A DNA stretch of 64,000 nucleotides from Candidatus Komeilibacteria bacterium CG11_big_fil_rev_8_21_14_0_20_36_20 (GCA_002787405.1 PCWQ01000007.1:102250-166249); one strand, 5' to 3'; numbered from the stretch's first letter, positions 38,920 to 49,795 are shown. Notes: a model not told the origin generated them from the letters alone. Program-made: numbers and translations.

Positions 38920-40239
38920 TTATTTTTTTAATTTAATACTCTTAGCCTCATAACTATCTAATCTCTTTCTGATCTCATTCTTTACTTTCTTAATGTCTAT
39001 AATCTCCTGCACACCACTTTCCATGTCTCTAATTAAAATAGTGCTGTCTGATATTTCTTTCTGACCAATAATCAAAGTGTACTTCACACCCTTCTTGTTA
39101 GCTAATTCCAATTGATCTTTTAATCCTTTTTTTGACATATTACTTGCCACTTGAAAACCAGTTGCTCTCAACTCCTCCACTAGATTTAAAGCTTTCTTAC
39201 GAGCTTCAATACCTAATTGGGCAATATAAATATCTCTGCTGTTCGGTTTATCAACTTTTATTTTTAGTTCTTGCATTTTAGCTATAACGCGATCTATACC
39301 CATCGCAAAACCAACCGCCGGCGTAGGACGTCCACCGATTAAAGATATTAAATCGTCATAACGACCTCCGCCACCCAAAGCCTGTAGTTTTCCTTCTTGG
39401 CCGATTTCCATAATCTCCCAAGTAGTTTTAGTATAATAATCTAACCCTCTCACTATTTTAGGATTAAGTGTGTATTTTATATCCAACTCGTCAAGATACT
39501 CCAAAACCAACATAAAGTGGTTCTTACATTCGTCACATAGATGATCAATAATCTGCGGCGCTTCAGCGGCTAAATTTTCACATTTCTTATTCTTACAATC
39601 TAAAAGCCGCAGGGTATTTTTATTTAAACGATCTTTGCAATCAGCACACAAATCTTTCCGATGACCCTGATAATATTGCTTCAATACTTTTAAGTAGTGA
39701 CTGCGACATTCGCTATCGCCGATACTATTAACATGTATCTCTATATCCAGTCCAATCTCTTTTAAAAGATGATAAGATATGGAAATTAGTTCAGCATCAA
39801 TCACCGGATCGCTATCACCGATAGCTTCAAAGCCAAATTGCCAAAACTGTCGATAACGACCAGCTTGCGGCTTGTCATGACGAAATTGTGGTCCTAGATA
39901 ATATAACTTGACCGGCTGTGGCAAGTTTAACATACCGTGTTCAATATAACTCCTAGCCACACTGGCGGTAGTCTCGGGACGCAAAGAAAGCTTATCTCCC
40001 CCTAAAGTGACGAAAGAATACATTTCCTTACTAACAATATCTGTATTTTCTCCTACTGTTCTCTTAAATAAATTAGTAAACTCCAAAATCGGTGTATCAA
40101 TTCTCTCGAAACCGTAATTTTGACCAAAATTCTTCACTTTATCTCTAACTAAATCCCAACTAGGTTGTTCGCCTGGTAAAATATCTCGCATACCTTTAAC
40201 TGATTGCACTTTTATTTGCTTACTTTGTTTTTTGGCCAT
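38920..40239 (-). CDS. hisS: Histidine--tRNA ligase
   Basis: LRPETTA, GRYRQFWQ, RGLDYY, GGGRYD. Confidence 0.98.
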   Translation of the reverse strand: MAKKQSKQIKVQSVKGMRDILPGEQPSWDLVRDKVKNFGQNYGFERIDTPILEFTNLFKRTVGENTDIVSKEMYSFVTLGGDKLSLRPETTASVARSYIEHGMLNLPQPVKLYYLGPQFRHDKPQAGRYRQFWQFGFEAIGDSDPVIDAELISISYHLLKEIGLDIEIHVNSIGDSECRSHYLKVLKQYYQGHRKDLCADCKDRLNKNTLRLLDCKNKKCENLAAEAPQIIDHLCDECKNHFMLVLEYLDELDIKYTLNPKIVRGLDYYTKTTWEIMEIGQEGKLQALGGGGRYDDLISLIGGRPTPAVGFAMGIDRVIAKMQELKIKVDKPNSRDIYIAQLGIEARKKALNLVEELRATGFQVASNMSKKGLKDQLELANKKGVKYTLIIGQKEISDSTILIRDMESGVQEIIDIKKVKNEIRKRLDSYEAKSIKLKK

Positions 40240-40244
40240 AATTT

Positions 40245-40901
40245 TTAATTATTTGTATAAACGGGCATATTAAAACTATTGATCCGATCAAGAGGCCAAC
40301 CACGCAGCCAGACTTTACCAATAATATACCCTCGGCCAACCGGACCAATCTCCCTTGAATCTTTGCTGTTAGCCCGATTATCCCCCATCAAAAAATACTC
40401 TGTCGAACCTAAAGTGACCAGAGAATAATCATCTGCTAAAAAATTTTCCACATAGGCCTCGGACAATTCTTGACCATTAACAAAAACTAAACCATCCTGT
40501 ATCTCCACTGTTTCTCCTGGTAAACCAATCACTCTCTTGATAAAATACACCTTGGGATTTTTAGGATATTTAAAAATAACTACCTCTCCCCTTTGCGGCT
40601 CGTTAAAATGATAAGATATTTCATTGATAATCAAATAATCCTTCTCATAAAAATTTGGCTCCATGGAAGCGCCTTCTACATAAAATGGTTGCACTAAAAA
40701 TAATCTGACCGGCATGATAATTGCCAGAGAAATCAAAACTACTTTGACTACCTCAAAAACCAAGAGGCCGAACTTTTTAGCCCAAATACTAACTAATCCT
40801 TCGTCCTTTTCTGAAAAATTACTTAAGTCAAAATCTTCATCTTTTAAAAAATTCTCTTCGGACTGACTGACCTCTTCCTTATTTTTGAAATTTTCTCTCA
40901 T
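40245..40901 (-). CDS. lepB: Signal peptidase I (start uncertain)
   Basis: GASMEP, IKRVIGLPGE, GDNRANSKDSR. Confidence 0.95.
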   Translation of the reverse strand: MRENFKNKEEVSQSEENFLKDEDFDLSNFSEKDEGLVSIWAKKFGLLVFEVVKVVLISLAIIMPVRLFLVQPFYVEGASMEPNFYEKDYLIINEISYHFNEPQRGEVVIFKYPKNPKVYFIKRVIGLPGETVEIQDGLVFVNGQELSEAYVENFLADDYSLVTLGSTEYFLMGDNRANSKDSREIGPVGRGYIIGKVWLRGWPLDRINSFNMPVYTNN

Positions 40902-41064
40902 ATTGTTAGTTAAAATTAAAATATTATTGTTCATTATACACAATCTTTCTATAAAAATCAAATGAAAAATGGGCTAAAAGGATCTTGTTTTTATGTTGAC
41001 TTATACAAGTTTTATTAGTATAATTCATTTACTTTATTTAAACAAATAGACCGCTCTGACTTTA

Positions 41065-42636
41065 ATGAGTTTGGATTTTAAAAAACGGAAAATTAACCTT
41101 TTGGAAGATAAATTAGAGGAATCTTCTTCCTATCAACTGCCTAGGTCATACCATTTCCTTAAGCAAAAACCATCAGGAAAAAATCCTGCCAAACCAACTG
41201 GTTTAAGCAGAAGAAAAAAATTTTCCTGCTTTTTTATATTACTAATCGTCATTCTATCAATTGTCGGATCCATTGTCTCGGCAAACAATGAAAACTTTTT
41301 GGCTGGCGTAAAAAACAGTTACCTCATCAGACAAATCACCCATATTGTTTCCAGTTCAGAAAAATATCTAAAAGGAGAAAAAGAAGACCGCATCAACTTT
41401 GTCTTATTGGGTATGGGCGGACCAGGACATAATGGACCCTACTTAACCGACACAATTATTATTGTTAGCTTTAAACCATCCACTAAAGAAGCCGGTTTAA
41501 TCTCCCTCCCCCGAGACATGATTGTCCCTCTTCATAATAATGACTATCGTAAAATTAATTCAATCTATACCATTGGCCAGCAAAGTCCCGACACTACCGG
41601 CGGAGAACTACTCAAAGAAGTAGTTAGCAAAACTCTGAATATGCCCATTCATTATTTTGCCGCCGTGGATTTTAACGGCTTTGTAGAAATCATCGACGCT
41701 ATTGGCGGCGTGGAAGTAACTGTTGACAGAAGTTTTACTGATAACCTGTTTCCGACCGCCGACTATAAATATCAAGAAGTTTCCTTCCAGGCCGGTGAAC
41801 AAGAAATGGATGGTCTGACAGCGCTGCGTTTTGCTCGCTCTCGACACGGCAATAACGGAGAAGGATCTGATTTTGCTCGCATTAAAAGACAACAAAAAAT
41901 TATTCTAGCGGCCAAAGACAAAATAACTTCCTTTAACACTTTAATTAACCCCCGAAAGATTATCAGTCTTTTTTCCTTAATTAATAAATATACCGCTACT
42001 GATTTGGAACCATGGGAAGCTGTTAAGTTGATTCATCTGGCCAAAAGTTTGGATACCCAGAATATTGCCGCTTACTCTATTGATGACCGCCCAGGTGGTT
42101 ATTTGAAAGCTGGTATCGCTCTGGATGGAGCTTATATCCTCCAACCGGTTACTGGAAATTTTGAACAAATTCAACTATTAACCCACAATATTCTGGACTT
42201 CAATGAAGTGGAATCTGAAAACGCCAAAATTGTTATGCAAAACGGTACCGATATTCCAGGTTTAGCTTTGCAAGCAGTCAATCATCTCACCCAAATGAAT
42301 TACAATGTCCTACGCTACGGCAATGCCCCTTCGCAAGAAAAATTAACCACAGTTATTTATAACTATAACGATGATAAACCCAGAACTAAAGAATCACTAG
42401 AAGGTATTTTCCAAGTTAAGGCCGAAAAAAACATACCTTGGGAATATTCAAATACCACTATTACTCAAAATTGGAATATCACCGATGAAAATGGCCAGTT
42501 AGAACAACTTGATTTCCTTATTATCTTAGGGGCTGACCAAAAAATAGATGAAGGAATTGAAATTGTTACCACTATTGATCCTGAATTATTAAATACCACC
42601 ACTCCTTCAAGCACCGACGAAATCATTGAAGAATAA
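41065..42636 (+). CDS. LCP (LytR-CpsA-Psr) family protein with LytR C-terminal domain
   Basis: TDTII, SLPRD, KIN, FARSRH...DFARIKRQQ; QNGTDIPGLA. Confidence 0.93.
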   Translation: MSLDFKKRKINLLEDKLEESSSYQLPRSYHFLKQKPSGKNPAKPTGLSRRKKFSCFFILLIVILSIVGSIVSANNENFLAGVKNSYLIRQITHIVSSSEKYLKGEKEDRINFVLLGMGGPGHNGPYLTDTIIIVSFKPSTKEAGLISLPRDMIVPLHNNDYRKINSIYTIGQQSPDTTGGELLKEVVSKTLNMPIHYFAAVDFNGFVEIIDAIGGVEVTVDRSFTDNLFPTADYKYQEVSFQAGEQEMDGLTALRFARSRHGNNGEGSDFARIKRQQKIILAAKDKITSFNTLINPRKIISLFSLINKYTATDLEPWEAVKLIHLAKSLDTQNIAAYSIDDRPGGYLKAGIALDGAYILQPVTGNFEQIQLLTHNILDFNEVESENAKIVMQNGTDIPGLALQAVNHLTQMNYNVLRYGNAPSQEKLTTVIYNYNDDKPRTKESLEGIFQVKAEKNIPWEYSNTTITQNWNITDENGQLEQLDFLIILGADQKIDEGIEIVTTIDPELLNTTTPSSTDEIIEE

Positions 42637-42642
42637 TAATAT

Positions 42643-44001
42643 ATGGCTAATCTACACAAAGTAGCTATTATTGGACGAGTTAATGTTGGTAAATCAAGTT
42701 TATTCAATACTTTGATTGCCGACCGAAAAGCTATTATCTCTTCAATAGCCGGCACAACCAGAGATAGAAACTACGCCATCTGTTCATGGCAGGGTTTGGA
42801 TTTTCAACTAATAGATACTGGTGGGCTGGAAGATAACCCTCTAGAAGGAATTCCTTACGAAATTAATCAACAAATACAAGCGGCTATTAAAGAAGCTGAT
42901 TTGATTTTATTTGTTGTTGATGCCAAAAACGGCATTATGCCTACTGATAAAGAATTCAGTCAACGGTTTAAAAAACTAAAAAAACCGACTATTCTAGCCG
43001 TCAACAAAGTTGATAATAATAAATTAAGACAAGGACTGCCAGAATTTTATCGCCTTAATTTAGGAGAACCTTGGCCAATTTCCGCTCATAGTGGTATGGG
43101 CACTGGAGATATATTAGATGAGGTGGTTTCAGTTTTGAAAAAATTAAAAAAGCCAAAACAAAAAAAGGCTCCCGCTGAAGAAAAAGTAATTAAAGTAGCA
43201 ATTATCGGCAAACCGAATGTCGGTAAATCGTCTCTGGTCAACGCGCTGATAGGAGAAAAAAGATTGATCGTTTCTGATCAGCCCCACACTACCAGAGATG
43301 CCCAAGATGTCACCATCACTGTCGACAAACAAAAAATTGTTCTTGTTGATACAGCTGGCTGGCGCCGACAGGGAAAACAGACCATTGATGCTTTTGAAAA
43401 ACAAAGTATTACCCAAAGTTTAGCAAATATCAAAAGATCCGACATTGCCATTTTAGTGACTGATGCTTCCCAACGACTAAGTTGGCAAGACAAACATTTG
43501 ATTGATGAAGCTAACCAAGCCGGAGTAGGCATCATCATTCTAGCTAATAAATGGGACCTGATACCAAATAAGACAATTACTACTGCTGAAGAATTTACTA
43601 AATATTATCGCAAATTTTTCCCTTTTGTTGCTTGGGTACCTTTACTATTTACTTCAGCCACAGAAAAACTACGCCTCAAAAAAATCTTATCCCTAGTGCT
43701 TGAAATTTATCAGGAAAAGAATAAAATGATAAATAGCAATGCTTTGGATAAACTCCTTAAAGCTATTGTTAAAAAACATAAACCCTCCCGCGGCAAAGGC
43801 ACTAAACATCCTTATCTTTATAGTCTAAAACAAACTTCAACTAACCCCCCGACTTTTGCAATAAAAATGAATTTTAAAGCAGACCTCCATGATTCCTACT
43901 TAAGATTTATTGAAAATAATTTAAGATATAAATTCGGCTTTACAGGTGTTCCTCTGAAAATTATTGTTCAAAAAAGTCAGAATGTGCAAGATAAGAAATA
44001 A
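42643..44001 (+). CDS. der: Ribosome biogenesis GTPase Der
   Basis: Two tandem G domains (GRVNVGKS, GKPNVGKS); KH-like C-terminus. Confidence 0.97.
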   Translation: MANLHKVAIIGRVNVGKSSLFNTLIADRKAIISSIAGTTRDRNYAICSWQGLDFQLIDTGGLEDNPLEGIPYEINQQIQAAIKEADLILFVVDAKNGIMPTDKEFSQRFKKLKKPTILAVNKVDNNKLRQGLPEFYRLNLGEPWPISAHSGMGTGDILDEVVSVLKKLKKPKQKKAPAEEKVIKVAIIGKPNVGKSSLVNALIGEKRLIVSDQPHTTRDAQDVTITVDKQKIVLVDTAGWRRQGKQTIDAFEKQSITQSLANIKRSDIAILVTDASQRLSWQDKHLIDEANQAGVGIIILANKWDLIPNKTITTAEEFTKYYRKFFPFVAWVPLLFTSATEKLRLKKILSLVLEIYQEKNKMINSNALDKLLKAIVKKHKPSRGKGTKHPYLYSLKQTSTNPPTFAIKMNFKADLHDSYLRFIENNLRYKFGFTGVPLKIIVQKSQNVQDKK

Positions 44002-44089
44002 AATATGCATCCCGTTAGAAATTTACACTTTCTAGCGAGGATATAAAATAACATTTTATCTAATTAATTTTACTGTAATTTCTAAAGGG

Positions 44090-44644
44090 ATGAAACTAAT
44101 AATTGGATTAGGCAACCCAGACAAAGAATATATTCACACTCGCCACAACTTCGGCTGGCTGGTTCTTGATTCTCTAGCTGAAAAAAAAGAGTTGGTCTGG
44201 AAAAAACAAAAAAACAGCCAAAGTCTAATGGCTGAATTTAAACTCGAAAAAGAAAAAGCACTGTTAGTCAAACCACTAACCTTTATGAATAAATCCGGCC
44301 TAACTGTCAAATATCTTAAACAATTTTATAAAGTGACTCGTCACAAATTAGTTATTATTCACGATGATCTTGATCTGCCTTTTGGCCTGCTGCGACTTTC
44401 CCGCAACAAATCAGCCGGCGGACATAAAGGTATAGAATCAATCATTCAGGAAATAAAAACAAAAGATTTTGTCAGAATTCGTCTAGGTATTGGCCCGCAA
44501 AAAGGTAGCGCCGAAGACTTTGTCTTAAAAAAATTCACCGCCGAGGAAAAAGAAAAACTGCCAGAAATAATTGACAGTAGTCATCTAATTTTAGAAACTC
44601 TACTAGATCAAGGTTTTACTTTTACGGCTAATAAATATAACTAG
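44090..44644 (+). CDS. pth: Peptidyl-tRNA hydrolase
   Basis: GLGNP..Y..TRHNFG, HDDLDL, GGHKG. Confidence 0.97.
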   Translation: MKLIIGLGNPDKEYIHTRHNFGWLVLDSLAEKKELVWKKQKNSQSLMAEFKLEKEKALLVKPLTFMNKSGLTVKYLKQFYKVTRHKLVIIHDDLDLPFGLLRLSRNKSAGGHKGIESIIQEIKTKDFVRIRLGIGPQKGSAEDFVLKKFTAEEKEKLPEIIDSSHLILETLLDQGFTFTANKYN

Positions 44645-44716
44645 ATTGACAAAACTACGTCGCCCTGTTAATATTGAAAATTAAATTAAAGCGTTCTTAA
44701 ATATAAGGAGTTAATA

Positions 44717-44965
44717 ATGACCAAAATAACCAAGTTTGATAAATTTTATATCAAATTAGCCATCACTGTCGGCACTGCCTTTGGCCTCCTATCTTTCCCT
44801 CCTTTCTTTTTAGGCTGGGCATTTGGGTTAGCTATCTGCTCTCAAATAATGGTCCTCTCGCTAGGTTTAAATTTCCTGGCAGCCCTTGGTCTTTATCTAT
44901 TTTTGAGCATGGTCATAATACCGATGACTTTTTTCAAAATGGCAGAAAAGCTGTGCCTTCGCTGA
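44717..44965 (+). CDS. Small hypothetical membrane protein (stand-alone unit)
   Basis: TTGACA-17-TAATAT at 44646-44674; AAGGAG SD; hydrophobic; terminator follows. Confidence 0.7.
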   Translation: MTKITKFDKFYIKLAITVGTAFGLLSFPPFFLGWAFGLAICSQIMVLSLGLNFLAALGLYLFLSMVIIPMTFFKMAEKLCLR

Positions 44966-44980
44966 TAAAAACCAAACTTA

Positions 44981-45012
44981 AAACACCCCGAAATTCCACT
45001 CGGGGTGTTTTT
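44981..45012. terminator. Bidirectional terminator
   Basis: AAACACCCCGA...TCGGGGTGTTTTT between convergent genes. Confidence 0.85.
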
Positions 45013-45029
45013 CTGTAATTTTCAAAAAT

Positions 45030-45452
45030 TTATTTAGCTTTATAAATGGCAGCTGTCAAAGCTCCGCTGATTAAACTTAAGACTAATGATTGACCCAACC
45101 AGTAAAAAACAACAGTGGTGGCAATAGTCATATAAAAAGGCATGGTAGCTAAACCAGGTAAAGCGCCAACCAACCAAATGAAAAAACCATAGGACAAGCC
45201 CTGGTTAATGCCCTTGCCCGGAATACCACGTTGAATAATGACAAAAACAATCACAAACAAAAACGAAGTAATAAGCGTGATCACATTGGAAGCAAACAAA
45301 TTAGCGGCACTAGACATAACATCCGGACTCAACCAAATCATCGGCGGCAAGGTATAAACCCAATTAAAAAGCCAACCGCAGGTCAGCCAAGTAAACAAAG
45401 CACCGACAATCCAAACCACAATACTGGTGCTAATAACTCTTGAAGTGTTCAT
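45030..45452 (-). CDS. Four-TM membrane protein (DUF1761-like)
   Basis: Four hydrophobic helices; G..YG...W pattern. Confidence 0.7.
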   Translation of the reverse strand: MNTSRVISTSIVVWIVGALFTWLTCGWLFNWVYTLPPMIWLSPDVMSSAANLFASNVITLITSFLFVIVFVIIQRGIPGKGINQGLSYGFFIWLVGALPGLATMPFYMTIATTVVFYWLGQSLVLSLISGALTAAIYKAK

Positions 45453-45659
45453 AAATTATTAATTTTAATTAATTAATATATATTAAATTTTTATCAACCC
45501 TTCTAATTTTTATTTCCCAGCCAACCAGCTAAATTAAATTCTGCTTTAATTATATTAAATTTTTGCTAAATAGACAATAACACCCCGCAAAAATATAAAA
45601 TTAACCACCTAAAAGACCGCTGCTAAATTTAACAGCGGTCTTCTTAAAAACAACAATAC

Positions 45660-46520
45660 TTAACTCTTGATGACTTTGAAATCAGACAGCAAAATCTTTC
45701 TGATCTGATCCGGATTTATCTCACGCCCATCGATATCTTTTTCTTTTTTTGCCAGACCCAAGATATAATCCAAGGCCGCTGTCTTGCCTTGAGCCCAGCG
45801 TCCATATTCATCTGCAGTTTCTCGGTAGAAAAAATTTTCCGACTTAAGTAAAAAAATCAACATCATCCAACCAATGGCATCGCGGCTGACATGATTATCT
45901 TTAAATTCAAAGCGATCGACCAAATCCAAAGATGGATTAAAAAATGGCGTCTTGAATCTTAAACCAGTCTGATAATACCGCTCGACTTCGTCTTTGGGTG
46001 GTAAAGATGTTTTATCAGCTAACCGGAAAATTTCCGCCAAAGGATTTCTAAGAACTCGAGGCAGTAATTGATCGCCGACCACCGGGAAAAAATAATCATG
46101 CTCTATGATAATATTATACAGCCACCTAACGAAAATAGGATCAGCTATATTACTCAACATTCCGGTCAAATTAGCGCTGGCTTCCTCATGTTCTTTGGCT
46201 CCCTTGCCAAAAAATCGGGAAAGATCATGAAGAATACAAGCCCACTCAATCAAAGCAGCGGCCACTTTTTTAGCTTTACTGTCAGAGCTCTCATCAATTC
46301 TATGTAAGGCAAAATCCACCACTGTCGGACAATGAAAAACTACTTCCTTACATCTCTCATAGACAGCTAGGGAATGCTTAAACCCGTGGTCGCTATTATT
46401 GAAAAAATCATCCAGGCCTTTTTCGATTAAATCTGTTCCGTAAGGCAAGGAAGCTGACTGCAATAAAGATAACAAATATGCCTTGTTAACCTCATTGATA
46501 GTGATTTCTGGTATCTGCAA
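45660..46520 (-). CDS. HD-domain phosphohydrolase
   Basis: DHGFKHS, ILHDL, EHD, LADK; own promoter (TTGACA-17-TAAGCT) and AAGGAG SD. Confidence 0.85.
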   Translation of the reverse strand: MQIPEITINEVNKAYLLSLLQSASLPYGTDLIEKGLDDFFNNSDHGFKHSLAVYERCKEVVFHCPTVVDFALHRIDESSDSKAKKVAAALIEWACILHDLSRFFGKGAKEHEEASANLTGMLSNIADPIFVRWLYNIIIEHDYFFPVVGDQLLPRVLRNPLAEIFRLADKTSLPPKDEVERYYQTGLRFKTPFFNPSLDLVDRFEFKDNHVSRDAIGWMMLIFLLKSENFFYRETADEYGRWAQGKTAALDYILGLAKKEKDIDGREINPDQIRKILLSDFKVIKS

Positions 46521-46629
46521 TGTACTTCTCCTTTTGCTAAAATGTACTTTATTTCTGGCTAGCTTAATAAAAAATCATCATTCTGTCAATGATGATTTTA
46601 AGTAAAATCAAAACTACTTAAATTTTCTC

Positions 46630-46833
46630 CTAACTCTTACTTAACTTCACTTTCACAAAATCATAAATAGCGGACAGAGTAAAAATAATCTGCAAAACAA
46701 TAAAAATCCAATCACCAATATAAAGACTATAAATCTCCAGACAAATACCGCCAAAAATGTAATAAAGATCTTGACTTTCTCTCTTTTTAGTGAGAATGCC
46801 AAAGGAAATTAAAATAATTCCTAAAGCGCCAAT
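46630..46833 (-). pseudogene. 5'-truncated small 3-TM membrane protein gene (not in ORF track)
   Basis: Manual translation IGALGIILISFGILTKKRESQDLYYIFGGICLEIYSLYIGDWIFIVLQIIFTLSAIYDFVKVKLSKS*; no ATG/GTG/TTG before the upstream in-frame TAG. Confidence 0.6.
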
Positions 46834-46927
46834 CGGTTTACCACCAGTCCTTAAGGTTATTAACGTCTACCCTGCACAATAACCGCGAAAATTCGCGGTT
46901 ATTTATTTTTCATAATTTACCAAAAAT

Positions 46928-47464
46928 CTATAAATCATAATATTCTTTTATCATTCGGGCAACTTCTTGAGCGGAGATATTGGTATTGTCAATTGACAAA
47001 TGACTAGGGTGGTCAATGCCGCGGTATAATTCTTTATCTTTTAAAAACTGCTGCAATTTGCCAGAATCTTGCAGTTTACCAAACTTTTTTCTGGATTTTT
47101 CAACTACTCTTTTTTCTAATTCAAACTGATCGCAAACTATCTGGGCAAAATTAATTTCACCGCCATAATTGTCCACCAAATCAATCAATTTTTTTATAAA
47201 CTCCTGATCATCAGGATAAATATAACAGCTGGTAACAATCACTCCGGCGATGCCTTCAGCTGCTGCTTTAGATAACATTAACAAATTAACTTCACCGATT
47301 TGGGAATAAAAAATATGACTGTGTTTTTCACGGTCAAAAATGGACTCCACTAAGTCACCGGCCAGATGGTTGTGATATAATCTAAAATTGGTTAAATTGG
47401 CCAGCTCTCTAGCAATGGTCAGCTTTCCGGCTGCCGGCGGACCATAAATAAAAATGAGTTGCAT
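46928..47464 (-). CDS. P-loop kinase (AAA_33/shikimate-kinase-like)
   Basis: YGPPAAGKLT, HNH. Confidence 0.85.
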   Translation of the reverse strand: MQLIFIYGPPAAGKLTIARELANLTNFRLYHNHLAGDLVESIFDREKHSHIFYSQIGEVNLLMLSKAAAEGIAGVIVTSCYIYPDDQEFIKKLIDLVDNYGGEINFAQIVCDQFELEKRVVEKSRKKFGKLQDSGKLQQFLKDKELYRGIDHPSHLSIDNTNISAQEVARMIKEYYDL

Positions 47465-47622
47465 CCTACTAGACTTATTAAAAATTAACTAAATAAAATT
47501 TTATATGATCTTACCATTATTGTGGCAAGTAAGCAATAGCTAAATTGAAATGATAAACAAAAGATATTTAATGAAAAAACCTACCTGATTGTGATAAAAT
47601 AAATTTTAAAAAATTATTATTA

Positions 47623-48053
47623 CTACCCTAATGTAATTATCATTACCCCGATTATGGTGATAAATATACCTAGACCTTGGATGAAACTAATTTTCTCTCT
47701 TAGAAATATAAGCGCCAATAAGATTGCAAAAACAATGCTTAATCTATCAACTGTAGTAACTTGGTAAACAGTCCCTTTTTTTAAAGCTAAAAAATAAAAA
47801 AGCCAAGAAATTGCTCCGGCCACACCACTTAACACAATAAATAATAGCGCCTTGTGATTGGTAAAAATAGTATGGATTTGACTTAATTTTCCCTGAAAGG
47901 CAATAACTGCTACAAGAAAAATGGTCATGATGATCGCCCTGATCGTTGTAGCTGTATTTGTGTCAATATTTTTAACCCTATTTTTCCAAAAATAGCCACC
48001 ATTGCCACAAAGATAGCAGATAATAAGTCATAGATTAACCAAGTGTAAGGCAT
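47623..48053 (-). pseudogene. EamA/DMT transporter with a 1-nt frameshift
   Basis: ATG at 48053 gives MPYTWLIY..FGKIGLK; the frame shifts in the A5 run (47969-47973) to NIDTNTATTIRA...; total 431 nt. Confidence 0.8.
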
Positions 48054-48142
48054 AATTTTTATCTGATGAATAATTAATTTATCTATTTATCTTTTGATAA
48101 AAGACGTGTTTATCTGAACTAATAATTAAATAAAATTATTAT

Positions 48143-48700
48143 TTACAAAATAATAATACTTGTTACAATTCCATAAATCACCACACTAAGCATGTCCTGG
48201 ATCACTGTGGCCACCGGACCTGTCCCAGCAGCGGGATCTTTGTGCGCTGATTGGAATGTGTACGCCACTAACAGAACAACTAATGGCGCAATGGTTATAG
48301 TCAAAAAAGAAGCAACTGAGACACTGAGAGCCAACAGCTTGTCACCCAACCATAAAAAAGAAATGCCTCCTGAAAAAACACAGAAGATAAACCCAAAGAT
48401 TAATCCTAACATCAATTCTTTGCGGAAATAATTACTAAATTTCGCTTTGCCAGTTCTTAAATCACGTGAATAGATTGCTTCCGTCTGTGTCCCAATAGCA
48501 TCAGCAATATAGACAATAAAGGGCAGAAAAAAAGCAACCTGCACATTATGGGCGAGGACTTCTTCAAAGTTGGAGGTGATAAAAGAAATTCCAATGCCTA
48601 AAATTAAACCAATAATTAAAGCCGGAGCGCGTAGTTTAAACAATGTTTTGATAGACTCATAATCATCATCGGCATACAGAATTACTCTTTTATTGTTCAT
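48143..48700 (-). CDS. MgtE-type magnesium transporter, membrane domain only
   Basis: LAFFLP-like segment, GTQT, KDPAAGTGPVATVIQD. Confidence 0.85.
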   Translation of the reverse strand: MNNKRVILYADDDYESIKTLFKLRAPALIIGLILGIGISFITSNFEEVLAHNVQVAFFLPFIVYIADAIGTQTEAIYSRDLRTGKAKFSNYFRKELMLGLIFGFIFCVFSGGISFLWLGDKLLALSVSVASFLTITIAPLVVLLVAYTFQSAHKDPAAGTGPVATVIQDMLSVVIYGIVTSIIIL

Positions 48701-48726
48701 ATTTATTATAAAAAATTTTCACTATG

Positions 48727-49659
48727 TTAATCATCAGGCACCATAACTTCCTTCATTAAAGGAACTATCTCTTTTCTCATCATGATGCGGTCGCTGTTGG
48801 CAATAGAATTATCAAATTTTACTTTTAAAACTTTTTCAAGTAGCTTTGTGTCAATTTCGCTTTGTGATACAAAAGTATTGCCATTGCCTTCCAAATCAAT
48901 ACAGTTTAAAAAGATGTAATCTAATGATTTTTGCTGTTTAATTTCTGATAATATATTTTTTATTTCAGATAGATTATTATTTGCATAATCATTAGCATTG
49001 ATAATTTCTAACTGAGCAATGCCCACTTTTTTATTATGGATTTGGAAGGCCTTAAAATCCTCAATTAAAACCTGTTTTAAAGGTTGAGTAAAATTTGATT
49101 TGTAAACAAATATCTCATGAATAAAATCAGAGGGAAGCTCAATTTGTTTACTTAGCCAACTCGCCATATCTTTATCTCTTGCCGTTGTTACGTTACCCTG
49201 AAAATTTATAGTGTTAGAAACAATAGCTGAATAAAGTAAAACGGCAGAATGTTTTGAAATAGGTATATTATTTTGTAGAAATTTTTCAGCTATTAATGTG
49301 GCGCATGCTCCGACTAATTCAATCTGAACTTTGGCATTTGGAAAATTTTCAGAATCATTGAGTTTTCTATGATCAATAATTTCAGAAATTTGTTTAGGTT
49401 TGATTGAATTAGGTAGTGCCTCAAAGTCGCTGGCATCGACCAAAATAGTATCTTTATAAACCTCATTTAATGACTCAATTTTGTTAATATCTATACTATA
49501 TTTATCTAAAACAAATTGAGCTTCCCTATGAGGATTGCCTAAAATAACAGCGATCGCATCACGGTTTTGTTTATTTAACAGTTCTGCATAAGCAAAAGCA
49601 CACGCTGTTCCGTCCAAGTCGGGATTTTTATATGAAGTTATTAATATTTGGTTATTCAT
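48727..49659 (-). CDS. ppaC: Mn-dependent inorganic pyrophosphatase (DHH family); start moved to ATG at 49659
   Basis: NPDLDG, LVD, IIDHR, GACAT, DFK, RKEIVP. Confidence 0.85.
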   Translation of the reverse strand: MNNQILITSYKNPDLDGTACAFAYAELLNKQNRDAIAVILGNPHREAQFVLDKYSIDINKIESLNEVYKDTILVDASDFEALPNSIKPKQISEIIDHRKLNDSENFPNAKVQIELVGACATLIAEKFLQNNIPISKHSAVLLYSAIVSNTINFQGNVTTARDKDMASWLSKQIELPSDFIHEIFVYKSNFTQPLKQVLIEDFKAFQIHNKKVGIAQLEIINANDYANNNLSEIKNILSEIKQQKSLDYIFLNCIDLEGNGNTFVSQSEIDTKLLEKVLKVKFDNSIANSDRIMMRKEIVPLMKEVMVPDD

Positions 49660-49705
49660 TGAGTTATATATAAAACATTCAATAAAGAGTTTTTGTCCGA
49701 GTAAT

Positions 49706-49733
49706 ATTTCGCCTAACACCTTGTTTACGCACC
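49706..49733. promoter_or_regulatory. dif-like/att recombination site (11-6-11)
   Basis: ATTTCGCCTAA-CACCTT-GTTTACGCACC; each arm matches 8/11 of the E. coli dif arms (ATTTAACATAA / TTATGCGCACC); ~60 bp upstream of the recombinase gene. Confidence 0.65.
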
Positions 49734-49795
49734 TATTGATATTTTAGCTGAAATGAGCTAAGTTGTAAATGAATAATTAGTAATCATACAAACCC

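Noticed and set aside
48730-48760. Additional recombination site at the 3' end of ppaC (CACCATAAC)
   Set aside because: Only the TAAC core resembles the main site and the second arm does not match; too weak to call.
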